A stretch of DNA of 63,147 nucleotides, filler included, from Octopus bimaculoides (taxonomy: Eukaryota): NCBI RefSeq assembly GCF_001194135.2. It is 6 parts of 6 records of this genome, joined end to end, with 100 filler letters (N's around TTAATTAATTAA, not from the genome) between each part and the next. Parts side by side here need not be neighbours in the genome. Positions count along the whole stretch, not along the records: positions 10,760 to 24,087 come from NC_068984.1; positions 24,188 to 44,575 come from NC_068999.1; 4 more parts are not named here. One strand, 5' to 3'. The translations under genes were made by a program, and so were the position numbers. The stretch's first letter is position 1, and each line of letters begins with the position of its first letter. The notes beneath the pieces were generated by a model. The model was not told the origin of the DNA and made no database searches. It was given only the letters and a program-made list of their open reading frames with translations. Below are positions 11,979-24,839 of this stretch, piece after piece.

Positions 11979-12589
11979 AACAACAGACAAGATGAGGACA
12001 AATGTCCGTCGAATGTAAAAGAATGTAAATAATGTAAATAATGTAAATAATTCCTCCTCTCTTAAATATAGAACTATGTTAACTGGGGTCGATGTAATCG
12101 ACTTACCCCCTCTCCCAAACTTGATGGCCCTGTGCCATATTTGAAACCATATTCTCAATGGATGGATGAAGGAACCGGTAATTCATTTTTCACCTGTCAC
12201 TATTTCTACGCAGTCTTAGCATTTTATATTAATGCAAATATATTTTGTAGGCCAGAAATACCTGGGAGAGTTGAATGGCAGAGAAGCACCCCCCACTCCA
12301 CCTCATGCTAATGCTTTAGGCTCTTAACTCCTTCTTAAGAAAGCTGGGTCCTGATCCCCACTGCTTCCACATAATGTGCCACTGTTTGCATTGCATTTTG
12401 AATCCTGTGAGGTGGTCACTGCGATCACGCAGAGCTAAGGAATCTTTGGGGTTGTAACCAGTTCGGTCCAAGACACCAGTTGATCATTATGCTAAACGAT
12501 GCCTTCCGAAGATCACTTTCATTCCTTGTTGACTAACTTTTCTTACCTGCTTCAGCCATTACCTCTTTTTCTCAGAAACTGAGAGCCGC

Positions 12590-12767
12590 TTCATGAGATT
12601 TGCCCACAAAAACCCTCGCTTTCACCTCTATGGTGAGGATCTTTAGCTTGGAAGCCTAGACGAATTCTCTCAATATGATGGCCAAACCGCCATATTTCTT
12701 AGTGCTGTAGATATTGGTTTCCTCTGTTCTGCTTTCATATGGCACAGTGAGTTCAATCAAAGAGATA
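12590..12767 (-). mobile_element. Non-LTR retrotransposon restriction-like endonuclease (RLE) domain remnant
   Basis: Manual translation: ISLIELTVPYESRTEETNIYSTKKYGGLAIILREFV*ASKLKILTIEVKARVFVG, matching the IELTVP.E...K..KY..L...IEV..R.FVG RLE pattern. Confidence 0.8.
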
Positions 12768-13588
12768 GGAGCACATGTTCACCAAGGCTGATTATATTTT
12801 ACATGCACATAAACAGGGTCACATGCTAACGTTACATCATAAAATGGCAGAGGAAAAGAGTGAAAGATATAATTAAATCATTGTGTTGATGGGAAATTAT
12901 TTGCAATCTGAAGCGCTAATAAGACGAGAATCAAACGCTGAACCAACCAAGAGATGTTTCTAATCAACTGTAGTTTATTTACTTCGTTCAGGCGTATTAG
13001 CATCTTTCATTTTTCGATCAAGTTAACTCAAAGCGTGGCAGAGTTAAGTAATTTTCTAATGAACTCACAGCAACGAGTCCCTGATGAATGCACCACAGCT
13101 TAACAGCGCGACTCGTGAACCAGTACCTAATCCATTCAAATGAGATTATCCGACTAATTTTCTTTGTACACTAAATAGGTAGATCCGCCCATAAAATGTG
13201 TTAGGACAGAAATTGAATTCACGCCACCAGGTGGCTATTGTGAAAAGTAGTTTGATATGGTGAAGCACATAATTAACAATCGCCAGTTGGAAATATCTAA
13301 TTAGATATAGAAAAGTGATTAGCAAAATTTCCCGTTTGCTCCTGGTTAAAATTATTGGTGAGATCGTGGACAAGGCGTTCTTATTCGTAGATTTTGTTTC
13401 GAAAATTCCATCATTGTAAGAGATGTTCATTTATATTTGAGTTAAATTTTCATTCATACATTCACTCACGCACACACGTATAGATGCACATTCATTTACG
13501 CTCTCTAATTCACTTCTTTGCGCTCTCACTCACTCTCTTTATCTCTCTCTCTACCTCTTTCCTCCATTACTCACTCATTCACTTACTC

Positions 13589-13825
13589 TGTGGCTATGTG
13601 GTAAGAAGCCTGCTTCCCAACCCTATGTTTCCGGGTTCAGTCTCACTGCGTGGAACCTTGGGCAAGTGTGTGTTTTGTGCTTTCGCCTTGTGAATGAATT
13701 AGATAGACGGAAACTGAAAGAAGCCTGTGTGTATGCTTGTGAGTGTTTGTGTTTGCCCCCTCGCGCTTGACAACCGGTGTTGTGTGTTTACGTCGCCGTA
13801 ACTTAGTGGTTCGGCAAAAGAGAGA
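13589..13825 (+). mobile_element. SINE family 1, diverged and 3'-truncated
   Basis: tggctatgtggtaagaagcc...gggttcagtctcactgcgtggaaccttgggcaagtg...cttagtggttcggcaaaagag. Confidence 0.85.
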
Positions 13826-13862
13826 CGGGGCTCGATTAATTCGACTAAAAATACATAGACGT

Positions 13863-14083
13863 ACTTTTACTTGTTTCAGTCATTTGACTGCGGCCAGGCT
13901 GGAGCATCGCATTTAGTCGAACAAATTTACCCCAGGACTTATTCTTTGTACTTATTATATCGGGTTATTTTGTCGAACCGCTAAGTTACGGGGACGTAAA
14001 CACACCAGCGTCGGTTGTCAAGCGATGGAGTGGGGACAAACACAGACACACAAACATACACGCACACACACGCACACGCACAC

Positions 14084-14125
<42 letters not shown>

Positions 14126-14268
14126 NNNNNNNNNNNNNNNNNNNNNNNNNNNNNNNNNNNNNNNNNNNNNNNNNNNNNNNNNNNNNNNNNNCCGTCTGCC
14201 AAATACACTCACAAGGCTTTGGTCGGCCCGAGGCTATAGTAGAAGTCACTTGCCCAAGGTGCCATGTA
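13863..14268 (-). mobile_element. SINE family 1 (gap in its internal microsatellite), tail-to-tail with the previous copy
   Basis: acttgtttcagtcatttgactgcggcc...ccgaggctatagtagaagtcacttgcccaaggtgcca. Confidence 0.9.
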
Positions 14269-15041
14269 GTGTCTCATCCTTATATATTATAATTTTTCAA
14301 GTCCACCACGCAAGCACAGTTTCAGAGACGTAGAAATATTAATATTTCTGTTTTTGAAAACCAGTGGATGTATTCCACTGAATTTAGGGAAATAATTCTT
14401 CGTACAGACGGTCAGTACCGACGCCTGCTGGGTTCGGCTGCTCTACATTGATAATGGGCAAATACTCTGAAACTAGTCTGCAGATGCCAGACCAGCAAGA
14501 GGAAGCGGCTGACCTCCCCTGTTCGAAGGTTATAATGGACACAGATTCGTGTGTCACATAGCTACCTAGAGGCGATGGCCTCTTAGAGCTAATTAACGGT
14601 GTCATTCGTCCTATTTTTTTGGACTGCCATGTTAGCTTGGCGATAACTATTAATATATACACGAATTTATTGCATATTTTTTTCTTCATTCGACTTCACT
14701 CGTATTATCCTTTTAGGTTCTATCACCTTTTATTCGTGTCTATGTGTATATTCTATAATGTTGGCTTTTACCATTGGGCGCCTTGTTGTTCTAATATATA
14801 TTTATATTCGTTTTATGATAATATGGGAATGTTATAAAGTTGTTTTAACCAATACCAGCGTTTATTCATTATACTTTTCAATTTATATATACATACATAT
14901 ATACATACATNNNNNNNNNNNNNNNNNNNNNNNNNNNNNNNNNNNNNNNNNNNNNNNNNNNNNNNNNNNNNNNNNNNNNNNNNNNNNNNNNNNNNNNNNN
15001 NNNNNNNNNNNNNNNNNNNNNNNNNNNNNNNNNNNNNNNNN

Positions 15042-15101
<60 letters not shown>

Positions 15102-15345
15102 TGTGTGTGTGTGTTTGTGTGTATGCGTGTGTATATGTTTGTGTGTTTGTGTTCGTCCCCCCAACATCGCTTGACAACCGATGCTGGTGTGTTTACGTCC
15201 CCGTAACTTAGCGGTTCGGCAAAAGAGACCGATAGAATAAGTACTAGGCTTACAAAGAATAAGTCCTGGGGTCAATTTGCTCGACGAAAGGCGGTGCTTC
15301 AGTATGACCACAGTCAAATGACTGAAACAAGTAAAAGAGTAAAAG
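15042..15345 (+). mobile_element. SINE family 1, 3' half
   Basis: (TA)(TG)n then cttgacaaccgatgctggtgtgtttacgtcccc...gactgaaacaagtaaaagagtaaaagag. Confidence 0.9.
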
Positions 15346-16235
15346 AGAGTTATATATATATATATCTATATATATATATATGTACATCCAAACGTATACA
15401 TGCCTGCACGCATACATATGCACACGTGTGCAAACATATGCACATTCACGCGCATCTATCCATTTAGTTATCCATCCACATATATATATATACATAAATA
15501 TCTCTATACACAGAGATATATAAATATTTGCAAACATACATCCATATACGCATCCATCCATCCATCCATCCATCCATCCATCCATTCATCCATACATGCA
15601 TATATTCATACACACGTCTATCCATTCATCCATGCAAGCACGTGCTTTAGCATTTATTAGGAACCATGAACTGCTGTTCGGTTAGTTAGACGCTGAGTAT
15701 ATTTAATTCTCCACTAGATCAACATTTCACTTTAGCTGTTGTTGTTGTTGTTGATGTTGTCATCATTATTATTTCTCTTTATCACAGGTTTTGTTGGAGC
15801 TCCTGGAGTCTTGCATGCGTAACGGGTTTATTACCTGCAGCCTACCGTACCCTGCTATCCATCCTTTTCACCTATCTAAGACTTTCCTGATTATTCTGGC
15901 CGAGCCAAGGAGGCAAACCTTTTGCAACGGTTCTACTGCGAACTCTATTATCCCCTTCTGCTGGGTTCAATCCTGATCCAGCATTTAATTACCGTTCAGT
16001 TTGCCTCTTTATCCCACCGCCTTCTCTGTCTCCGGCTTTGTGTACAAGCAGTGTCTGGATGACGACCGGGCCTCAGCTGCCCAACCACAGGGCAACAGCT
16101 TTCACCCTTGGTTCCAGCCTCATTAACACCGTAATTTCATACATTTATGTTAGACATCTTCACTCAACGATCAAATTCGTGTTTTATACTACTACTACTA
16201 CTACCACTACTACTACTAACAATGATAATAATTAG

Positions 16236-16990
16236 ACAGAAAGACAAATGGTAATCGCATGGACAGTAGACGAACTAAACAACTTAGACAGAAAGGCAAA
16301 GAAGTTGCTAACTAGATATGGGTCACTCCACCCAAAAAGTGGCACAGACAGACTGTATGTACCAAGAAAAAGAGGGGAAAGAGGACTTATTGGATGCGAA
16401 CACAGCATTAGAGCAGAAGAAAATAACATAGCATGGTATGTAAAAAGTGGCACAGAACCGCTGTTATTAGAAGTAAGAAGGTCAGGCTTGTGTAGGATGA
16501 ACGATTGCAAAGATAAAGCTCTATGCAAGAAATTGAAAACGAATGAAACTGAAAATAGGTGGGCAGAGAAAAGAATGCATGGTCAATTTCATAGGGATGT
16601 TGGAGATAAGACAGACAGAGAAAAAAGATGGCTGTGGATGACTAAAAGTGATTTAAAGCCGGAAACGGAGGCCCTAATCTGTGCTGCTCAAGACCAAGCA
16701 CTAAGAACAAACTACATAAAATACAGAATAGACAACACAGCAGAAAGTGATAAGTGCAGAATCTGTGGACGAAACGGTGAAACCGTATGGCATATTACCA
16801 GCCAATGTGGGCCACTAGCCCAGAAGGAATATAAGAAACGCCACGACAATATAGCCAGGCTTGTCCATTGGACACTCTGCAACAAGTATGGACTTGACAG
16901 AGCAAAAAATTGGTACGACAACAAACCTGAAGGCATCGTCGAAAATAGAAATGCAAAGATTCAGTGCGACCATGAGATAGAGAATAGGAA
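16236..16990 (+). mobile_element. R4/Dong-like RLE non-LTR retrotransposon fragment (post-RT region and CCHC knuckle)
   Basis: LDRKAKKLLTRYGSLHPKSGTDRLYVPRKRGERGL...LKPETEALICAAQDQALRT...CRICGRNGETVWHITSQC..LAQKEYKKRHD. The ORF runs on into a microsatellite. Confidence 0.9.
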
Positions 16991-16994
16991 GCCT

Positions 16995-17227
<233 letters not shown>

Positions 17228-18689
17228 TTACCTCCCCTCTCTCTTTCTGTCTCTCTATATGTTATACATCTATGGAAATGTATCAATTGCATATATGTAT
17301 ATTCGTTATGTGCAACAGAATTAGCTTAGGTTAAAATAGCAACCTGTGTATCATACTTAAGGCAGACGTATCATAAAAAGGTTAATTAACTGCGGTTTTA
17401 GTCTCGAGATTGTATCTCTTATAGACGTACAGTGTTAAAAAACATAAAAACATCAGAAGCAGACGAAAACCGTTCAGGTGCGGTAGTAGCACTCCTAGGT
17501 GCGCATTTCTGCCTTCTTGAGCAAGCATCAGTAGCAAGCATCCATTGACAACTCTATGCTAATATAGAATTCGTGTTACTGATATAGCAAAACAGTGACT
17601 GAAAAGCACCCCCCCCCACCTGTTGCAATAAACCGACTGGTTGGATAAGAATTCGTTGTGTGCAATAGAATCAGTGTTAGTTGGAAATAGTAACATTTGT
17701 ATCATACTTAAATCAGATACATCATGGAAAGGCTAATTATACATATGCATACATATATACACACACACGCACAAACATATATATATATATACACGTGTAT
17801 ATGTATATGCGTATATATGCATGCATACACACAAGCAAACATGTATAGATAGATACATAGTTGTTTATATCTATGCATTCTCACAACCAAAAAGGTATCT
17901 AAAAGCATTAGCGAAAGTGTGATACAAGCTATTAGATCATGCTCGCTTGCAAGTGACTACTAAGCGACCATACTTGTATACACACATATAGGTATGCTTG
18001 CATATATATATAAGCATATAAGTATATGTGCATATATACACACACGCGAACACACGTTTACATATAGTCTAAATGCGCGTTGTATATACAAAAGCTCCTT
18101 GATGTATTTTACTTCAAATATGCATTGCATTTTATGTTTTACTTCATCTACATACGTATATATATATATATATATTTCAAAAAATGCATTCTAAAATATC
18201 TCTATTCTTCTCTACACACTTCAGTCTATACACCTGAAAAAATAATCTACACCTAAATCGCAGACGATAGGTTTCTGTCTTTTCCAACCAAACTAATCCC
18301 AAAGCTTGTTCAATCTATACACCTTTAAAACAATTCAAGGTAGGAATCTAAGAAAATTATTTACTGAATTACCTTTCTTTTTCACTCCTTATTTGTGTTT
18401 TTATTTGCTAATTTACCTGGCTAAGAAGATTCATTGTGTCGGCTGTCATCACGCTTCCCTCCCGCCATTCCCCTCATCTCTCTCTCTCTTTCCCTCTATG
18501 TATCTTCCTCTCCCTCTTTGCTCCTCTCTCTCCGAGTCTTTACGTATATATAATACCACTATGTCAATTTTTACAGATCTTCACATCTTAACATACACAC
18601 ACACAGATATTGATTGACTGTACAATTCTGACGTAATACTGACGTCAGTATAGAAAATTCAAACAACGCCAATACAGATATATATAAAT

Positions 18690-18822
18690 ACGTACATACA
18701 TGCATAAATGCGTACGCAGATACATGCATACAATTAAACGTGTATTTATGTATATGTATATATACCCACACACACACACATCCATACGTATATATATATA
18801 TATATACGTACATATATACATA

Positions 18823-18885
<63 letters not shown>

Positions 18886-19196
18886 ACATATATATATGCA
18901 TATCTCTCTCTCTATATATATACACACACATATATATATATATATATACTTGCATGTATATATATGAAAAATATATACATACACATGCATACATGCACGC
19001 ACACACATATATTTGTAAACATGCAGACATATATACATAAATATATATATATATATTTATATATACATACATACATATACATACATACATACATATATAT
19101 ATATATATACATATATATACATATACGTGCATACATATATATATATATATATATGTGTGTGCATGTGCGCATATNNNNNNNNNNNNNNNNNNNNNN

Positions 19197-19231
<35 letters not shown>

Positions 19232-19325
19232 ATAAACTAGTAGATATGTATGTGTATGCATGTATGTGTGTGATTGCACATACACACGCGCACATATATG
19301 TATATATAGTTTCATTGAAGCTTAT

Positions 19326-19377
<52 letters not shown>

Positions 19378-19633
19378 GCACGCACACATACAAGGAGGAG
19401 AGAGAGATGGATAGATAGATAGAGAAAGAGAGGAATGTAACAGAAGAAAAAAAATTGCGAAGGAAATGAGAGTAAGGGTAAGAATAATGGTTAACACCAG
19501 CAGGAAGAATAAGAGAAGAGAGAAGAAGGGAAAAGATTCTAAAGAAAACCTAATTGCTATGATGTCGACCACAATTAACCAATTGCGTCGTGAAGAAAGG
19601 AAAACCAACGGAACAACAGCAACAACATCGACG

Positions 19634-19673
<40 letters not shown>

Positions 19674-19860
19674 CGTGGAATATAAAATCAAACCTTTTCG
19701 AGAAAATTGGGCTCCACATTATTGTATCTATGTGTGTATGTATGTAGATGTATGCATGCATGTATATATGTATGTATGTTTGTAGGTATGCATGTATGTA
19801 TGTATGTATGTTTGTATGTATGTATGTATGCATGTATGTATGTATGTATCCATGCATATG

Positions 19861-19902
<42 letters not shown>

Positions 19903-19986
19903 CACATATATGTTTATTTTGTATGTCTATATAATAAACAAACACACACCTATATACATATATCTAGACACACAAACACGCACTCA

Positions 19987-20039
<53 letters not shown>

Positions 20040-20279
20040 ATGTATGTATGTATGTATGTATATAATATACATACACATACACACACATATGTATATGTGC
20101 ATATACAAAGACACGCTTGTGAAACACTCACAATATGTGCATATGTGTGTACAGGTTCGTGGAAACACGCACAAACAGATCGCATAAGCACACACGTACA
20201 TACACGTATGAATGTATATATGTTTGTAAGCATATCTATCCCTATATTGCTATATATATATATATATATATATATATAT
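18690..20279. repeat. Cluster of (TA)n, (CA)n, (TATG)n and (ACA)n microsatellites
   Basis: Direct reading; source of many YIYI/HTHT pseudo-ORFs. Confidence 0.9.
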
Positions 20280-20445
20280 NNNNNNNNNNACACGCCTATA
20301 TTGACTTAAGTGATAAGTCAACCTGACAACGAACGTACTTAGTCGCATCTATTTTGTTTTACAATTAACAAACAACAAGAATAAAACAATAGAATTACGA
20401 TGCAATGTTAAACAGAATATGCGTTACCGAAATAACAAGAATAGC

Positions 20446-20477
<32 letters not shown>

Positions 20478-20496
<19 letters not shown>

Positions 20497-20690
20497 TCTT
20501 TCTAAATTTGGTACGAGACCAATATCTTTATTTTTAGGGAACGGAGAGGTGAATTAAATCGACCTCATTGCTCAGCGGGTCCCTATTATATCGACCCCGA
20601 AAAGTTGAAAGACCTGAACGTAATTTGAACTCAGAACATAATGAGTTGGGACAAATGCTGCATAGCATTTTGTCTGACATGCTCACCTTT
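20478..20690 (-). mobile_element. SINE family 2 (diverged) with (AAT)n-adjacent tail
   Basis: ttaaatcgacctc...ttatatcgaccccgaaaagttgaaag...atttgaactcagaac matches the other family-2 copies. Confidence 0.7.
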
Positions 20691-20729
20691 ATGACATGAC
20701 TATTCGCCGCCACCGCCGCCGCCGCTTTA

Positions 20730-20788
<59 letters not shown>

Positions 20789-20999
20789 ATTTTGTCTAAT
20801 TTTAGCCCAAGGCCAAAAAGTTTGAGGGGTGGGGCGGAACATGTTGCTTCTACAGGAAGAGGAAAAGCCGAAGCTCTCTTCTGGTGAGACAGGAACTACG
20901 ACAAAACAATGTAAATAATAAGGGAGTGATCCAGGTATTCGTCTGCTCAGCTCGAAATTTCAAGGAGAGTTTCCCCCCATCCTACTTCTAGGTGAGACT

Positions 21000-22030
21000 G
21001 GCTACCCTGCTCCTAACATGTCCCTAATTCCTGTCAGCCTGAAGGTCCGTACCGACGAGGCTCCGAGCAGTTTAACCGCTCCGTCTGTCCAGCTCACCAC
21101 GATGCCCTTCGACGGCATGTGCCTGTTTTCTCTGGCGCCATGCTGCAAGTTTACCGACTTGTTCAGATTTAGTTTTGCTCCCGCCATCACCACGTATTTC
21201 TTCAGAAAGGAGCTGCCCATTTCCATTTCCTCTATGTCCCCCACCATTACAGACACGATATCCGCATGCATCGACTCGCTGAGAGACAGCGATGAACGAT
21301 CCTGTTGAGAAATTTTAATTGATCCAGATTGATCAGGGCTTCACGGAATCGGGTTTGTTTCTCACCTCCTCTATGATGTATTATATGAGATGGAGAGTGT
21401 CGTGGATTGATTTATTGCAGATTGCACGTTTATGTACTTTCTCGACCAATCTGCTTGTTAACACTTTGACTGAATTCTTAAACCCTGCTTTTAAAATAGG
21501 TTATGAGCCATAAATTCTCTCTAGTATCCGTCTTTTTTTGGCATCCTTTCTCAGCAGCAGCACAACCACATTCCGGCTCACAGAACTGACAGTTTTCCCG
21601 TTCTGTTTCCAATTGCAGTAGATTTTACCGAAGAGTTTGCAAAATTAGTCTGGTATATAATCATAAAACTCATGCGACACACCATCCAAACCGGGTGATT
21701 TGTCCCTCGGAATCTCCCAAGTCTCAGTTGTTAAAGGCCTCCCGCCGAGAGCAGCGGTAGGCTTTCGATGTCGGCCCTAAACTCCATTACCGTCTGCAAT
21801 TCCTCGCACATCTCGCACAGTCAAGCAAAGTGCTGCTGGAAAGTCGCACACATCTGCTTGGAAACAAATACTGTGGACCTTTCACTGTGCATCAGTGATC
21901 GAATTATGAATTTTCTACCGCATCACAGCTCCGCCCCAGAGAGTTATCGAAAACTTTCATCCCATTTTGTTTTAACGTACGAACACTAATTTTAACAACT
22001 CAGCCATCGTATTTCGTGTGGATTATTGTT
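21000..22030 (-). mobile_element. L1/Tx1-clade LINE RT pseudogene fragment
   Basis: Minus frames give EIPRDKSPGLDGV..EFY, a KVLTSRL-like segment, and HADIVSVMV...AGAKLNLNKS (YADD equivalent). Many stops and frameshifts. Confidence 0.75.
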
Positions 22031-22468
22031 GCCGGTTGCATGTCGGTCACCATGCTTTTACTGATGGTTCTAGTTTTCTCGTTATCTCCTCTCTGTCTCC
22101 TTCCTGTCTATTATTAACTATTTGCTAAACGCTATTGATTCCCTCTTCTGTTTATGGCAACAGCCCCCGTCAACTACCGCTTGGTTAGCTTGCTAATCTA
22201 GTCCCTGTAATCTTTGCGCACCGAGTTTCTGTATGTAAGCCCTGTTTAAGAAGACCATGCAGATTACAAAACTGTGGTCTGTATAGCTGACGAGTTTAAA
22301 ATGTGAACACCCTACTTTATCTATTAACCTAACAGACACGCCACCTATGTATGATCTGTATGATGCATTGTGACTGCTCCTTGTCTACACATTTTGGAAA
22401 TCCAGTTGCTATTTTTCAGACAGAAATACTGAGCAGGTGTTCGAGGTTTTGCGTCCCTTCTCTTACAG

Positions 22469-22564
22469 GTTAAACGCACACGATCTCAGCGTGCGTCTAA
22501 AACGCAATTCCAATCCACACTAATACTAAAGAGGGGACGTTCCCAAGAAACTTTTGATACAAAG
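22469..22564 (+). CDS. Candidate 96-nt phase-0 internal exon (VKRTRSQRASKTQFQSTLILKRGRSQETFDTK), product unknown
   Basis: Acceptor cccttctcttacag|G and donor AAG|gtaagg; only frame 0 is open. No homology recognised. Confidence 0.25.
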
Positions 22565-22663
22565 GTAAGGGATGAAGAGGTTTTTTTTTAGAAAACAAAC
22601 TGCAAAAGCGATAGGGGTTTGCTCAGAAACGATCATGTTAAAACAAACAGGCATGGCAAACAA

Positions 22664-22736
<73 letters not shown>

Positions 22737-23012
22737 TTTAGGCAGAAATAGCAGTTCTTTAGAGGAGAGTGAGTCGATAGCTTGTCTTCAGAAGGAAGAA
22801 TGATAAAGAATGATGAGGTTGAAAGCATCACAAATTTTAAGGGTTTGAAATTCAACAAAATGGAACCGGTTATGTGACTGGTATTTTATCTTATGAACTC
22901 AACAATGAAAGCCAAAGTACGCAGCAAATCGTTAAGTAATTATATATTGCCAAATGTTTTAACCGGCTTTCTACCAATTCTGTCTTTTACGCTTTTTGAT
23001 AACACCGCCGCC

Positions 23013-23047
<35 letters not shown>

Positions 23048-23558
23048 TACCACCACCACCACCACCACCACCACNNNNNNNNNNNNNNNNNNNNNNNNNN
23101 NNNNNNNNNNNNNNNNNNNNNNNNNNNNNNNNNNNNNNNNNNNNNNNNNNNNNNNNNNNNNNNNNNNNNNNNNNNNNNNNNNNNNNNNNNNNNNNNNNNN
23201 NNNNNNNNNNNNNNNNNNNNNNNNNNNNNNNNNNNNNNNNNNNNNNNNNNNNNNNNNNNNNNNNNNNNNNNNNNNNNNNNNNNNNNNNNNNNTCGTCAAC
23301 AACAACAACAACAACAACAACAGTAACAACCAATAAGGGTGAGAGGCTATGTGGTCGGTTGGCCTGGTAGAAATAATAGCCAAATTTCCATCAGATCACA
23401 CTAAAACGGTTTAGGAAGTAGAAGCTGAATGATGTGGTATGAGTTCCCTGTTATAGACGGGATGATCATGGCTGGAAGCCTTTGATTAGAGTTCTACTTG
23501 ACTAGCAACGATGACAACAGCTCATCACAGCAGCAGCAGTGGCAGCGGCGGCAGCGGC

Positions 23559-23602
<44 letters not shown>

Positions 23603-23754
23603 CAGCAGCATCGGCGGCAAACAGCAACGGTAAAATGCACCGCCATCAGAAGAGAAAAAAAGTGTTAGAAAGTTGTCAGCGTGATGAGGGACGGAAGCGA
23701 ATAACAATCGGTTTAAAGAATGCCATTGTTAGATCTGTTGATACAATCAAGGTA

Positions 23755-23785
<31 letters not shown>

Positions 23786-24087
23786 AGGTATATATGTATG
23801 TGTGTATGTATGTATGTATGTATGTAGATGTATATATGTGTGTATGTATGTGTGTTTGTGTGTATGTATGTATGTATGCATGTGTGTGTATGTGCGTATG
23901 TATGTAGCTATGTATGTATGTAAGTATGTATGTATGTATGTATGCATGCATGTATGTTTGTATGTATGTTTGTATGTATGTTTGTATCGATGTATATATG
24001 TGTGTATGTATATTTGTGTATATATGCATGTATATATGCATGCATGCATGTGTGTATATGTATGTATGTATGGATACATGTATGTAT

Positions 24088-24187
24088 NNNNNNNNNNNNN
24101 NNNNNNNNNNNNNNNNNNNNNNNNNNNNNNNTTAATTAATTAANNNNNNNNNNNNNNNNNNNNNNNNNNNNNNNNNNNNNNNNNNNN
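24088..24187. other. Artificial 100-nt assembly spacer
   Basis: N44-TTAATTAATTAA-N44. Confidence 0.95.
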
Positions 24188-24232
<45 letters not shown>

Positions 24233-24367
24233 CACACACACACACACACATATATATATACACACACACACACATATATAGTTATACACACACACATGGC
24301 CCACGCAAGCATGGAAAATATTTGTTGTTGATAATGATGATGATGAAGGTGATGTGTATGTATACTG

Positions 24368-24555
24368 GTTACAAATTTGGTCACAAGGCAGTCTAGCAAT
24401 TTCGGAGAGGGGTGGGCTAAGTTGATTAAATCAACCCCAGTATTCAACTAGTACTTATTTTATTGACCTCAAAAGGATGAAAGCCAAAGCTGACCTCAGT
24501 AGAATTTGAACTCAGAACTTGAAGACAGACAAAACACTGTTAAGCATTTTGCCCT
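24368..24555 (-). mobile_element. SINE family 2 (CpG-decayed)
   Basis: ttaaatcaaccccagtattcaactagtacttattttattgacctcaaaaggatgaaag...agaatttgaactcagaac. Confidence 0.8.
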
Positions 24556-24839
24556 GAACCCTCATCACTGCATATGGCAACCTGTTGGCTAAAGATAATC
24601 CCCACTCTCCTTCTTCAATCCCATCTACTTACCCCTTCTGCTAGAGCAGTTGCTTACCTACAGAGGTTCTTTGTGGGACTAAAGGAAATTGTAATTCATG
24701 CTGTGACTAATACCTATTTCTGTTAACATGCAGAAGAACCTGCTAGCACCAGACAATTTTTGTATATTCGGAATCTTTGACCTTCCAAAGTCGGGGGGGG
24801 GGGGTACAACTCTGTAGTTATGCCTTAAAATACATACCA

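Larger units (their letters stand above)
11273..12081. mobile_element. Head-to-head inverted dimer of a tRNA-headed, hammerhead-bearing SINE-like element with 9-bp TSD
   Basis: Outer inverted arms 11273-11395 / 11918-12052. Central palindrome 11864-11882 / 11885-11903. tRNA-like head on minus strand 11808-11882. Direct repeat ACTGGGGTC at 11264-11272 and 12082-12090. Confidence 0.8.
11163..12150 (+). mobile_element. SINE family 2 copy split into 11163-11272 and 12082-12150 by a nested insertion
   Basis: ...ggggtcgataaaataagtaccagttaaacACTGGGGTC // ACTGGGGTCgatgtaatcgacttacccc... is collinear with the reverse complements of 20478-20690 and 24368-24555. Confidence 0.8.

Noticed and set aside
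13073-13117. acgagtc-cCTGATGA...gactcgt stem resembling a C/D snoRNA or hammerhead
   Set aside because: No box D (CTGA) before the 3' stem and no GAAA/NUH arrangement.
23525-23752. Poly-Ala/poly-Gln ORF ending at an AAG|gtatgt donor-like site
   Set aside because: Dominated by a (GCA)n microsatellite; no convincing acceptor or recognisable domain.
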